Shown here: piece by piece, positions 47,670-61,169 of the stretch | Position numbering within the stretch: the first letter of the stretch is position 1 | Layout of the letters: every line of letters begins with the position of its first letter | Assembly: GCA_964016885.1 (NCBI GenBank) | Contig: OZ024741.1 | Location: 77,066,001-77,130,000 of the forward strand | Direction: 5' to 3' | From: Eledone cirrhosa | Lineage: Eukaryota | Length of the DNA: 64,000 nt | Notes under the pieces: model-generated | What the model saw: only the letters and a program-made list of their open reading frames with translations | The model's database searches: none | Told to the model about the DNA's origin: nothing | Program-made: the position numbers and the translations under genes

Positions 47670-48180
47670 TCACAGTAGTGGAAGTCAACTGCCTAGCAGA
47701 TGCCAATATAATATATTAAAGATTAATGAAAAGGAGAACATCTATGCAGAACTAATGAGAAATCTGCAGATACTCCACCCAGACTATACCTTCAGATTTA
47801 TACCTGCGGTTATAGGGGCTCTGGGATATGTGACTAACTGTCTCAGTACACACCTTGAGAAGCTGGGCTTCACAGAACTAGAAAGAACATGACTAGCTAG
47901 GAAGTTATAAGTACAATCCATTAATAGAACTGTAAAAAAAAAAAACATTCCAAAAATTCTGCATGTAATAGTTGTATAAACACATATATAGATACAAACC
48001 CTATGTACATATACGCATATAACTCAAAGCATACAGATCCACACATACAATAACATCCATACCTGCACACACACACACACAAGCATAGATATCTACCCAG
48101 TTGATGTTGTGTAAATTCCAATGAGAGAGTCTTGTGTCTATGTTAGAAACCAGCTCTCTCTCTATCGGTAAAACTTTATA
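47670..48180 (+). mobile_element. Second, shorter copy of the same R4-like 3' end, head-to-tail
   Basis: Homologous to 47108-47625; starts after (CATA)n. Confidence 0.88.
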
Positions 48181-48184
48181 ATAT

Positions 48185-48370
48185 AATTGTTTCTACTTTT
48201 GGCACAAGACCAGCAATTATCCCAGTGCATTACTGGTACTTTACTTTATTGACCCCGTAAGGATGAAAGGCAAAGTTATCCTCGACGGGATTTGAATTCA
48301 GACCACAAAGGGTCGTAACTCTGTGTTGCAAAGCATGGCGTCCGGCCCTCTACCTATACTGCCAATCCAA
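48185..48370 (-). mobile_element. Meta-domain-like SINE
   Basis: ggatgaaaggcaaagtt...gggatttgaa. Confidence 0.75.
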
Positions 48371-50380
48371 TAATGAAACCAGAACATATATATATGTAAA
48401 TAAGGCTGCTAGACACAGGGGATTCCACCCACTTCTTTTAACTACCAAGATCAAAGTAAAGGATGTTAATATAAATCTCCTGCTTAATGTGCAGGTTTGT
48501 AAACTGTATACTTCCAGCTTGTCTAGACTACATACTTCACTATGCATTCATTGCTGAAGGATTTTGAGGAGCCAGCATGTATATTAATGATGTTTGGTAT
48601 CATAAAGGAGTGTGATGATTGATAGCACTGATTATGAATGACATAATAATGTACATCACAAAGAGATTATAGTGATAGATGTTTGTGTAACAAGAATACC
48701 ACTCTCTAAGTATCAGCTACCATGGTGAGTGACAATAATATTTAAAGCTGACAGGTGGAAGCATCAGATGGAGGTTTTATATTAGAGTTTCTTTCTCTTA
48801 TTCTTACCCAACTTGCAAGACAGCAGGGTTTTCCATTTCTAAGATGGACATTCTGACTAAAACTAGGGAGCTATCACTCACAAAGTGATCTTACAGTGCG
48901 CTAGATCACCAACTCAAATATTTCTAAGTCTCTGGGTTGTAATTTTAGACCAGACATGGACAACTTATTTCGAGCAGTGGGCCACACAGGATGTGCCATA
49001 CAACTAAAACAACAGGTGAGCCATACAACTAAAAAAATCTAAGGCAATTTTAAAATTAGGTGTGCCAGTCAGAAATTCAAATGGGCCACATTCAGTATGC
49101 CCATGGCTGAGCTAGAATGGTCATTTATCCTATGCTGGGTTTATCTGACCATTGGCAGATCTTGCTTTTACTCTGCTGAGTTTCTAGCAACCATTCCTCA
49201 CCAGGCAGGTCTTATGAGTATATTGGTTGAGTTACAGTGATCAACTGTGTAACAAGTTGTACTAAATTGCATGTTGCCAATAACCAATAACACTTGGGAG
49301 CAAGTGACTTAGCCTGATAGCAAGGAAGAGGATTGGTATGATGCCTGCCTTGCTATGAAGAGGAGGAGAGGAGGGAGAGGAAACAGGAAGAGGAGAAGGA
49401 ATAATAGGCGGCCTTATCTCATACATACATACAAACATGCATACATACAAACATACATACATACATACATGGTGGCTGCCAACTCGTTTTCGAGTATGGC
49501 CACTACTTTATATCCATGTAGGAGAACCCCTACCGATGCGCTGAACGAGTGTGACTTTTTAGTCCAGCCAGCGACTTGAAAATTCTGGTACAAACACTAC
49601 ACTTGAGACAATTATTGACACATAGTGCTGGGCCCATGATACCATGTGACGACAAGTGCAGAGAGATCTCCAGATATAAAGCAATGCCTGTGCCGTGAAG
49701 CTTTTATAGTGAGCAAAGGCACTGCACAAAGCCAGTCCCACTCTCTTAACCAAGATGATATTTACCAAAAACAAGTCAACATCATTGGATACCATCAGGG
49801 TTGCAGGTGTTATATCAGAGTTTTCCTTCTTACTTACATACATTCATACATACATTCATACATACATACATACATAGTTCAAATCAATTAGTTTCTGAGG
49901 ATGATCACTTCTTAGAAACTAATGGCATTTCTTAAAGAGTGATAGCAACCAAAGATGGAGCTACATAGGCAACTTCTACCAACTATGCTACATCTACTGT
50001 GTACCCTTATGAGTGAGGAAGCTATGGAAGAGACAGTATTTCATTGTTGCAGACACATGTGATACTCAGAGGTTCCTTTGCATAAAATTGATTAGAGTAA
50101 GTGAAGAAATCACAGAACTCAATCTACTTTTCAGATAGAATGGCTTTCTACATCATTGGTTGAGATGTCTAGATATTAAATGAGTTTCAGGTTTTACATC
50201 AAAGTATCTAAATATTTTGATAAAAAACCAATAACAAAAAAAGACAAAACAAACTAGACAACCATTGTTCCCAAAGTAGTCTTACAGCATTTTCATTCAC
50301 CATCTAGAAGTTTTGTATGACCTTGCCCCCTCTTGCTGAAAAGGTATTGGCTCTAAACTAAGTTTGAACCATCATTTTAA

Positions 50381-50597
50381 CCCTTTAGTATTTAAACTGG
50401 CCATATCTGGCCAAATTTCTCTCACCTATTTCTGTTCAAACCTGTCGTAATTGGCCACTCATACCGATGTTAAGGTATTGTTCTCAAAATAAATAATATC
50501 AAAATCTCATAGATTCGATATTATGTGAGATATATGAGATAAAGCCTTTACCATGAAAATACAATAGTATATATAGTGTAATGTAAATGCCAAAGGG
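50381..50597. mobile_element. piggyBac-type MITE (TTAA target-site duplication)
   Basis: ttaa|ccctttag...ccaaaggg|ttaa. Confidence 0.75.
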
Positions 50598-50779
50598 TTA
50601 ACAAGTCTTGTTTTTGCCCTGTTTGGTTTCTAGTAATTCTCCTCATCAGGCTAGTCTGAGAGGTTTTGTGGAGTGTGTACCCATAATAAGAATGCTGGTG
50701 GAATGTCATATGAAGAGATCTGTAAAATGATGGCACAGCTGACCAGGTATAATGAGCTAGGACTGATTAAATAATGTGT

Positions 50780-51510
50780 TCCTAGTAGTAGAAATATTTT
50801 TGGGTTCACCAAACCAGAAATGACACGACTAATTAGGATATTACAATTACAAGCCATTAATGGGATTGTTAAAATATCTGAAACATTGCAGGAGCTTAGC
50901 CTAGAGCATGTATGCATATATATGTATAGACATAAAAAGCCCCCCCCCCCCCCCCTAAAATATACATTTCTGCAAATACATAAAGCAATAGATTCACACA
51001 CACAATAACATTCATGCGTACTAAAATATATGCACACACATGTATACATGGTCAGTTACATACAAAGATATGTACTCTCAGATCCCAAATAATAGAGGGA
51101 GGGATAAGCAGGTGCGTGTGTGTATGAAAAATCGATAATTTTTCAAGTTGTCTCCTTTTTGATTTTTTAAAACCAGAATTAGTCATTAAATTTACATATT
51201 GAAACCCCAACCCATCCTATCTATTTTATAATGTATGGGATGTTTTTTCTCATTATGTATAATGTCTAAAGAAGATCAATTACCACAGGAATTTTTGAAA
51301 TTTTGCCAGAGATAGATTAGCAAAATTTAATAAGTAGGGGTGTTGGAAAAAATCTGCTAAATAAATAAGTCCGAGTGGATGGATATTCATTATTCGAGAC
51401 CTGAGAGCACATATATCTACCTAGCTGACCCAGATCTAAGTGAAAGAGACTGACACTTTGTCTATTAAGGAGAAACTTGAAAAATATAACCAGAACATAC
51501 ATACAGACTG
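50780..51510 (+). mobile_element. Third degenerate R4-like 3' end, interrupted by an unrelated insert
   Basis: MTRLIRILQLQAINGIVKISETLQ approximates RTKLVRKLQVQSIKGTVKICKTFQ; tail atatctacctag...aaccagaacatacatac. Confidence 0.6.
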
Positions 51511-51689
51511 GCATACATTATATTGCCATTCTGAGTTCAAATCCCGCCGTGGTTAACTTTGCCTTTCATCCTTACAGGGTCGATAAAATAAAGTACCAGT
51601 AATGCACTAGGTAATCCTTACGGGGTCAATAAAATAAATTACCAGTAATGCACTGCGTAATTACTGGCCTTGTGCCAAAAAGTAGACAC

Positions 51690-51734
<45 letters not shown>

Positions 51735-51899
51735 AGTGAAAATGTAATAAAGCATAAAAATAATTGAACAGTATCTAATAAAAAAAAAACACATTATTAA
51801 AGGGAATAAAAAAAAAGAAGAAAAAAAAGAGAGATGAAAAGAGGAAAAAAGGAAAAAAGGATGCAGTAATGAAAGACAGGGAGAGGGGGAGAGACAATC

Positions 51900-52230
51900 A
51901 CTACACCCCAGTCTGAGAACTGCCTCAGCCATGCTCCATGGACAACATGGCAAAGCCATTACCAAGAAGAATGGCCAGAGACACCAACTCCACCTCATGG
52001 GGCTCCCTCCTCAAGACAGTCAGAGTCTTTCTAATTTTATGGAGGAAATCAGCAATGCAGGGACCAAGGAAGTTAGAGGTCTTAACAGAGACTGATGCAA
52101 AGAGGAAGTAGTTGTTCAGGCTCTGGTATTTTACTATTTTCCTCTTCTCTGCATTGCAGACAGTGGAACCCAGGTTTGTGGCTGAAGCGAGAAGATTGGA
52201 GGCAGAGAACGAGTTGCTGCATGTCATATA
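51900..52230 (-). mobile_element. Degenerate CRE-like 3' fragment
   Basis: ORF 51925..52227(-) SATNLGS...KY.SL...VKTSNFLGP...RREPHEVE...LGNGFAMLS is homologous to 40024..40596. Confidence 0.75.
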
Positions 52231-52849
52231 TTAAGTTAGACATGGCCTGGGCCAAATACTGACTAAAATCCATCCAAGTTACACACACACATGTAATCAC
52301 ACGCATATATACATATATACATGTGCCTGCACTCATATACACATACACTCACACACAGCACCAAGTAATGGAGCATCAGAAATACAGAAAATTAGGCCAG
52401 GGTGGAGGGATAAAACAACATGTAAAGACAGTTATCTTATATTTGAACTGGACGAATTAGGGAAGGGAGGGGTAGGAACTGCCTGTGAATGAACGTGAAC
52501 AGACAAGCAACTTAAGTTCACATTCTTCTTATAAACTGATTAGTGATATATATATATATATATATATATATGTAAAGATCAAAGAAGACTTTAGATTTAG
52601 TGGCATGTCAAATCAGGTGTGTACATTAGTTCACTGCCATTGTTTTTAGCTTTCAATTCTCAGTTAAAATGCACAATACCCCTTAAATCTTACAAGTACT
52701 ACATTAGTAATGGAATGCCAATAAATAAATAAACAAATACTACACACCTGACTTGTTAAAACAGGTGTATATATTTGTTCATTGACATTTTTTGTCCATG
52801 GAGTTTCCAAATCTCACAAAATACCACATAGGAAGTTCAGAACAGTATG

Positions 52850-53510
52850 AAATATAATGGAATGGGTATTCCTTATTATCGATCCTCTTCTTCTTGATTG
52901 GAAAATAAAGTTTTTACATTTCCATTCCATTGAAATTATCTTTTAGTAACTCACTGTGTCTTGCCTCATTTATTTCAACTTGCCTTCAAGTGTTTGATGC
53001 CAGGGCTTCTGTGGCTGTCCAGGCTTCCAATTTCCAAGTGGTGTCCATCTTAATGCTATCTTTGCTATCATGTCCTCATCCATTCTGAATGTAGCCACCT
53101 ATTTCGAAGAACACATTATTGCAATCAGTTTTGCAGTGCAGCTTCCCATTTCACAGAAGATATAGCAAATATTCTTCAGGGATCCATTGTAGGGAGCATT
53201 CATACTATTTATGTCTCCTTTTACCACACACCAGCATTATAGGCTGTACATTAGGACAGATTTGACATTACTGTTATAGAGTTGAAATCTTAGCCCTGAG
53301 ATTGTTTGCCTAGATTTATAAATTGATGTCGAGTCATGCTTGGATGTTATTTTTTTCTCTTATTGACTTTACTGATAAAGCTCCTTATGTATGTAAAATC
53401 TTCCACATAGCCTAGTGGTCCACTGTTGGCAGTCATAAGGGCAGGGTTGTTAGAGTTTATGCACTATGGCTTGTGTTTATGAAGATGGTTATTTTGCATT
53501 GAAACTAGGG
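52850..53510 (-). mobile_element. Highly degenerate RTE-type LINE 3' fragment
   Basis: Reverse complement gives FTYI, YNSNVKSVLMY and R..ETWK-like motifs. Confidence 0.5.
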
Positions 53511-54329
53511 AAAATGGAAAAAAAAATGAATGACTATTTTTCTAATCGTTCTTCATCATCATCATCATCATCGTTTAACGTCCATCTTCCACGCTTGCAT
53601 CTTGTTTATTTTATTGTTCTGTGCTATGCTGCACATTTCTGTAACATACCAGTTTTTCTATGGGAAGATGTTGCTAACCACCTCTTCTGAAGAAAAGAAC
53701 ATTGTGAGTGGTCTATCACCTCTCTACTTTTGATACAATGTGGAGAGAGACAGATAAGGAGGAGAGAGATGGAGGACAGAGTAAAGGGACATAGATAGAG
53801 AGGGGAAAGAGACAGAAAGAGAGTGAAAGAGTGGAGAGAGACAGAGAGACAGAGGAGGAGGAGAAACAGACAAACAGAAAGTGTGTGTATGAGAGAGAGA
53901 GAGAGAGAGATAAAGTGGTGAGGATGGTAGTGCTTGTAGCAAGGCTCTCTGTCTTTATCTCCTAGTTAGTGTAGGCCTCTAATACCTCAAGGGAGAATGA
54001 GAAGAATAAACCCTAGTAGTTAACTGGTACATTATTCATCAGCATCAGATAAGTGCAAAGTGACAGAACGAATATTGCTAGATGTTTTATCTGAGACTCT
54101 AACAATTCTACCAATTAACTCTCTTATTGTTCTTATAAATGAATGTGTAACAAAAAGAAAAATGTAGATTCAAGAATTAAAGACTTTATAATAAGTTGTT
54201 CATTGTGTTATATGTATAAATATTAGTTCAGTCATGAGTTTTTACACACACACACACACACACACATATATACATATATAAATATAAATATATATATACA
54301 TATATACACAAACATAGACACACAGAGGA

Positions 54330-55260
54330 AGGAGTATTCAACAGAGAAGTAGAATTTTAACATTCATTTTATTAAGGCTGAATAATGAGTCTTGTTACTC
54401 TGGAGCTTTGCCTGTTTATCACAGGGTCATCAGACAAGAACTAACTTTTCAATGGCATACACAGTATAAATAAAGAATACTTGAGGTGGAGGAGGGGGAT
54501 TTAATTGAGAAGGGACTGACCGAAAATACATTTAAAGCCCACTTTTCTCAACACCTGTATACATTCAATAACATGATTGTGGAATTCAACAACTCTGTCA
54601 AAATAAATTTGGCAATTGAAAGACAACAGGATGACAAACCCAGGCAAAAGCCTATAATGGACGGGGCACAAGATGCCACTTAATTTCTAAAATTTTAAAC
54701 TTTAAAAATATTAGATTTTAAATTTAAAAAATTTATAATTTTAAATATCTTAAATTTTTTAATTAAAAAAAAAATCTTTATTAATTTAAAAAACCTTTTA
54801 TTTTTCTAATTTCAAATTTCCCATTCTGTCATTCTGTCATCTTCCCAATTCTTCAACTTTTCATTTTTTCTTTACTTCCTTTATTCCTCATACCTTATAT
54901 CTTATATGTGCCTAACACCCAGACCACCCCACCACAACTATCATCATGTATAATTCCATAATATCTATAACCTTTATTGTAGTTATATCTCCATAAGTTA
55001 CATTCATATATCTTATATATTTCACATATTTATTTAACATCAATACTTCCCTGCCACCACTCACTCATTTACTCAGTATAGCTTCTACAATTATATATTC
55101 CTATAATCTTCACAGTACTCAATTCTTTAATTCTTCAATTCTATAATTTTAAACTACATTGTTTCATACTCTTTACTTATTTCTTATTTCTACTACACCA
55201 CCACTATTCCCCATTCTCTCCCCCATTATCACCACAGTATACATACCCCCCCCCCCCCCA
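54330..55260. mobile_element. Penelope-like remnant: inverted terminal piece with decayed hammerhead, GIY-YIG C-terminal fragment, pyrimidine-rich 3' UTR
   Basis: GLTENTFKAHFSQHLYTFN...IWQLKD on the + strand; CTGATGA hammerhead-like motif on the - strand at 54387-54437. Confidence 0.65.
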
Positions 55261-56254
55261 CTGCTAGCATATATGTATGTATGAATTGGAATTTGTACAT
55301 TCATATTCATATATGTATGTATATATACATGTCTATGTGTAGGCATGTATTTATTTACATACTTACGTGTAGTTTATGTGTATATATGTAACATGTTTAT
55401 ATGTGTATATGGGCTCCATATGTATGTGTGTATGTATGTACATATATGTGTGTTTATGTGTGTATATATATATGTATATATGTCGGGTCACTCTTGAGTG
55501 TTACTAGTAACATGTAACCCAGTACAACCTGTCGCATGGTCAGGTCGTCGGTAACTAAACCGGCAACCCCACCAAGTTTACTTGGCAAGGAGGGTGATTT
55601 TGGACACCCTGCAGGACAAAAAACAAAACCTGACAAAGGGCGGAAGAACTCATAAGAGTCAACGGCCATCCAAAAATGTGTAAATATGTATATACACATG
55701 TACATGTGTATGTATATGTGTATATACATGGGTGCATCAGTATGGATATGCGCGGGGACATAGAAATAGTCGGGCTGGACACCCGATCGCGCGGTTAAAC
55801 CACTGGGAGTGAATGACCCCTAGCCTTTGTCAGGGCATTCTTCTAGGAGTAGGCAACTCAGGAAACTGGGATAACTCTGATATAAAACCTGCAGCTCAGT
55901 AGTTACCGATGATGTTGATCTTTTCTTCTTTTCGGGTTATAGTTACTGTCGCTCAGAGAGTGGAATTGGCTCAGTGCACAGTCTTTCCTCACTTTAAAAA
56001 ATATCTTCATGCACAGGCATTGCACACTAGAATTAATTAATAATGTTATATCGTGCAATGGCCATACTCGATAACGAGGGGGCAGCCATTATGTATGTAT
56101 GTATTTACTTACTTATCTCAGTTTAGGTTTACATGCATGTATATGTATCTCGTATGCATATGTGTGTGTATGTATATATATACAGATATATATATTATGA
56201 CTTATAGTTTTTATAACTTTTCAAATATTTTAATATATTTTCTTGAATGTTGAA

Positions 56255-56960
56255 GCTGTCGCAGGTCTACAGCAGGTCCCATAGAATGCAGTCGTTTGTC
56301 TTTTCAAGGTCTACAAAGCAAGAATACACTTTTTTGCAGTACTCCCACGATTTCTTAAAAACTTGCTGCAGTGTGAATATTTGGTTGGCTGTGCTGTGTC
56401 TGGAGCAAAAACTATACTGTTCATCAGCTAGCTTGGACTCAACAATCTCCCTACATCTCTTAACTAGACACTTAGCATAGACTTTACAGGGGAGGCTTAA
56501 GTATGAGATCTTTCTATAATTAGAGCAATCTTTCTTGTTTCTCTTTGTGAAAATTGGGATTATCACAACCGATTGCCATTGCTTAGGTGTCTTTCCAGAG
56601 ATCCAGGCCACCCGACACTCACGTGTCAGCCAGAGAATACCTTCTCTATTTAAGGCTGTTAACATTTCGGACCGTATTTCATCCTCCCCAGCGGCCTTGC
56701 CACATTTGAGCCCTTTAACTGCTCTTGTGACCTCAGCCTCAGAGATAAGTCACCGCTCCCAGATCCACTTCATGTACATCAGAAGATGCTGTTATGTTCA
56801 GCTTTAGGAGATCAGCAAAGTATTTTCTCTACCTCGCAAAGATACACCTCTCTGAAGAGAGAACTCCAGACGTGTTTCTGATAGCATGTGTGGCGGCGGA
56901 CGACTTATTACGAAGTCGGGGTTGGCCTGCCAAAACACTTTAGTTGCTGATCTGAAGTCG
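56255..56960 (-). mobile_element. RTE (Rex3/Expander-like) RT fragment, a different family from the other RTEs
   Basis: ORF 56267..56665(-) W...VIIPIF...CSNYRKIS.LSLP.KVY...EQYSF...QIFTL...CFVDLEK. Confidence 0.85.
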
Positions 56961-57251
56961 AATTGCAGCTTAACTCCAAAGTCTATAGGAGGACTTAAAA
57001 TTCTTTGAATATTGAAATATTAAAATGTCATAAATATATTCTCCATTCATAAGAATTTCAAAACCTAATATGTTAATTAGCTGCCTTGACTTATACACAG
57101 GGTTTGGATTTTTGCCAATTCTCAGATATAAAGTAGGGGGTTGGCATATATTTTAGTATATACGGTACATTTGCTGTCTTTTATTCAGCTTGATCATACA
57201 CACATTTAATATTCTTTATTATGGCTAAGTGATGAGTCTTGTTACACTGGT

Positions 57252-57255
<4 letters not shown>

Positions 57256-57342
<87 letters not shown>

Positions 57343-57397
57343 CCCTTCCATATACTGTACCCAATTATTTTGTTATTTCTGTTTACCTTTTACATAC

Positions 57398-57429
<32 letters not shown>

Positions 57430-57431
57430 AA

Positions 57432-57496
<65 letters not shown>

Positions 57497-57500
57497 CACA
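57256..57500. repeat. Facing (CA)n and (TG)n microsatellites
   Basis: (CA)n at 57256-57334; (TG)n at 57411-57478. Confidence 0.9.
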
Positions 57501-58299
57501 CACTTGCATGAGTTAGATGTGTTGTCATATTCTGAAGCTTGAAAGGCAGATCAGATGACTATGTCTTGCTCATGCATTCTGTTTTGGCATAGTTTCTATG
57601 GCTGGATGCCCTCTCTAATACCAAACACTTCATGGTGCGTACTGGTTTCATTTGCTTGTAACACCAACACTACCACATAACAGGGTGGACTGGTTGCTGG
57701 AATTAGCACTACCACCTTATCTTGTGGACAGGGTGCATTTTCTCGTGGCACAGCAGAGCCACTTTACAGAGAGGTCTGGGTGTGTGTTATCGTGACACCA
57801 ACACTGATACTGAGCGCATTTTATTGTAATACCAATGCTACAACATTTCAATACCTTAGCCTGGCTGGGGAGACAGTGATAGGGAGTGGAGGGTAGTGAG
57901 AACCTGTTACAAGCTAATGGAGGGATGGTGCCTCAAGGGAAGTGAGTAATGTCTGGCAGTATTGTGGGGTGAGCCTGGCTTTTCCTGCTGGCATGGCTGG
58001 GCAAGGAGCAGGGAATTCAATGATAAATTTAGCAGTGCACATTATGGGACAGGGGTGGCAAGTGAGAATAAGTGTTGAGTCATAGGGTGGTCTTGGAGAA
58101 AGGGAGAGAAAGAATGAGCAGTGTCTTGCAGTTCAGTGTTCTTACACCTTTCTGCCTTTTCAGTCATCCTTCCTATGCTTGAACATTCAGGCATGTGAAT
58201 GGGGGTGAGATATGTGAGGGTAGATATCAAGTGAAGAGGGTGGAAATGCAGCTTAAATGTTGTTAAATCTTTTGGCCTTTTTCAACCATCATTCCCATT

Positions 58300-58780
58300 G
58301 CCCATTTCATCTCACTTGTGGAGTGATGTGAGTCTTCTGTAGTACACGATATTGCCAGCTGTCTCAATCCTGTGTCATCTCCTCTGCGAGGTCAAACTTT
58401 TTAAGGTCAGCCTTTACCACTTCATTCCATGTTTTCCTAGGTCTTCCTTTTCCACATGTTTCTTTATTTTGTGTGCCCTGCACTTCTTTATGCAGCTCTC
58501 AACTTTTATACACATTGCATGACCATAGCAACAGTATTGTACTCTGCATTTGATCCCTTTTATGTCCAGTTTTTCTTTCAGCCCATCAATGCTTTGTCGT
58601 TCTTGCACATTACAATTACACATCCACTGGAACATGTTTGCCTCATTTATTTCCAGTCATCTCAGATCCTCTGCATTCAGTGCCCAAATCTTGCTTGCAT
58701 GTAGCATCGTAGTTTGAGAGAAACCCCACTTCGTAGCCAGCAAAGGTAGTAGCTCCTTGAACTTTTTCCAACCTGTTTTA
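58300..58780 (-). mobile_element. Degenerate RTE LINE 3' fragment
   Basis: ORF 58414..58635(-) MFQWMCNCNVQERQSIDGLKEKL. Confidence 0.8.
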
Positions 58781-58789
58781 CACCCATAC

Positions 58790-61160
58790 AAATAGACGTT
58801 CGATGTAAAGGACTAAAGTTTACACCCACTCATCAAAAACCAAATATACCAGAAATTAAAGTTGACATTTCGGATTTCTGCAGAAGACTCAGACAAGCGA
58901 AACAATTTTTCGAAAAAGAAGACAACGATGAATCACTAATTAGAAACAAAAAGGAATATCAATCCCCAAAAAGCAGGAATGCAACCTTTGAGGAATTTTG
59001 TGATTATATCTCGAATTTCCTAGTTGACAAACTGGAAAAGCCACAAAGTCTAACTTTACCCTTTACCAGACAACTAGTAAAAACAGGATAAAAACATTAT
59101 CATAAAACAAGCCGACAAAGGAGGCACTGTTGTCATTATGGACACTAAGAATTACATCAACATGGTACAAAGTATGCTACATACTATGAAGAAGTCAAAG
59201 ACTACAAACTCCATAAAGTGATGAAACAACTCACTGATTTACTGCACCCATACCAAAACTGCCTAACTGCTAAAGAATTAGACTCATCTCACTAATTTTA
59301 GATGTAAAACGTGTAATCTCTATCGTTTACCAAAAGTACATAAACATAAATTAATTAATAAGACATGCAAAATGGCGAAGACCAATTAATTGCGTTAATA
59401 TACCCATACCAACTGACTTAAAACTAAGACCTATTTTAGCAGGCCCAATTTGTGAAACACACCACCTTAGCAATTTCTTAGACAATTTATTGAAGCCTCT
59501 CATCAAACACACTCGGAGTTTCATACGAGATGATTTAAATTCTACCAGATAATGTCAGCTAAAAGACTTACATGGTCTCACTGGATGTTGTGAGCTTATA
59601 CAGTAACATTCCACATGATTATGGAATCAAAGCCATCAAATGCTGGCTAAACCCATACTCCTATGAACTACCAGACCGCTTCGATAAGAATTTCATTGTA
59701 GACGGACTTAAATTCACTAAAAAAACAAACAATTATTTCATGTTTGACGAAATAGCTTACCGACAGAAATCAGGAACAGCTATGGCGACAAAAGTTGCGC
59801 CAACATATGCCAACCTAGTCATGGGATACCATGAATTACAAATTTACAAAAACACAAAAAAAAAACACACACAAAAAAAACAGAAGAAATTTATGGGAAT
59901 GATTTCGGCGACTACATGACTACATAAAAGAAAAGTGGAAGCGGTACGAGGACGACTTCTTCATATTGTGGAGACAGAATCTTGACCAACTAAAGAAATT
60001 TCAAACCTACATCAATGATATAAATCAGAATATCCAATTCACTATGGATTTTAGCAATACTTCCATATTTACATATCCTAATAACAAAAAGAAGCAGAAC
60101 ATTAGAAACTGACATATATTTCATACCTACTGACTCCCAACAATATCGCCTTTTTACATCTTCTCATTCATCACACACCTGTACCAACATCCCTTTTAAC
60201 TTAGCCAAGTGAATCTGTACAATAGTCTCAAACCCAACTACCAGAGACCATATACTAGAAGAGATAAAACAAATACTTATCAAAAGAAAATATCCTCAAA
60301 ATTTAATCAACAATACTATCCAAAAAGTGTCAAATCAATATCCAAACACTCCGAGAAACAAAAACAAAACAAGAAAAAAGAAAGGTAATACCATACACTT
60401 CAACTTTGAAATCAAAGAAGACAGAGGTACACACATACAACTAAACTTACCCATATTACTAAAGGACAAGAAAAAAGAAAGGTAATACCATACACTTCAA
60501 CTTTGAAACCAAAGAAGACAGGTATACTCATACAACTAAACTTACCCATATTACTAAAGGACAAGAAAAAAGAAAGGTAATACCATACACTTCAACTTTC
60601 AAACCAAAGAAGACAGAGGTATACACATACAACTAAACTTACCCATATTACTAAAGGACAAGAAAAAAGAAAGGTAATACCATACACTTCAACTTTGAAA
60701 CCAAAGAAGACAGAGGTATACACATACAACTAAACTTACCCATATTACTAAAGGACAAGAAAAAAGAAAGGTAATACCATACACTTCAACTTTGAAACCA
60801 AAGAAGACAGAGGTATACACATACAACTAAACTTACCCATATTACTAAAGGACAAGAAAAAAGAAAGGTAATACCATACACTTCAACTTTCAAACCAAAG
60901 AAGACAGAGGTATACACATACAACTAAACTTACCCATATTACTAAAGGACAAGAAAATGAAAAACATTTTACAAATACACCCAATCATAAAAAGAAAACG
61001 ACAACAAAAATCACCCCCCAAAAAGATACAAATGAATGCAAAACTGTAAACTGTTACTAAAGAACCTGAAATGAAAAAGTGCAATCAATCTCACTGCATA
61101 GTATGCAACTATCTGTTAGAGGACAATGAATTTAATTTAAAAGACGGTCCCATTTAAAAA
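58790..61160 (+). mobile_element. Penelope-like element (Neptune-like) RT remnant, copy 1
   Basis: KGLKFTP, IIKQADKGGTVVIMD, LPKVHK, LRPI, SLDVVSLYSNIPH, QKSGTAM, RYEDDFF; Cys linker CNQSHCIVC; frameshifted. Confidence 0.9.
60370..60957. repeat. 97-bp tandem repeat, 6 copies, inside the PLE ORF
   Basis: ggtaatacc at 60384, 60481, 60576, 60673, 60770 and 60867. Confidence 0.95.
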
Positions 61161-61169
61161 ATTAACCCA

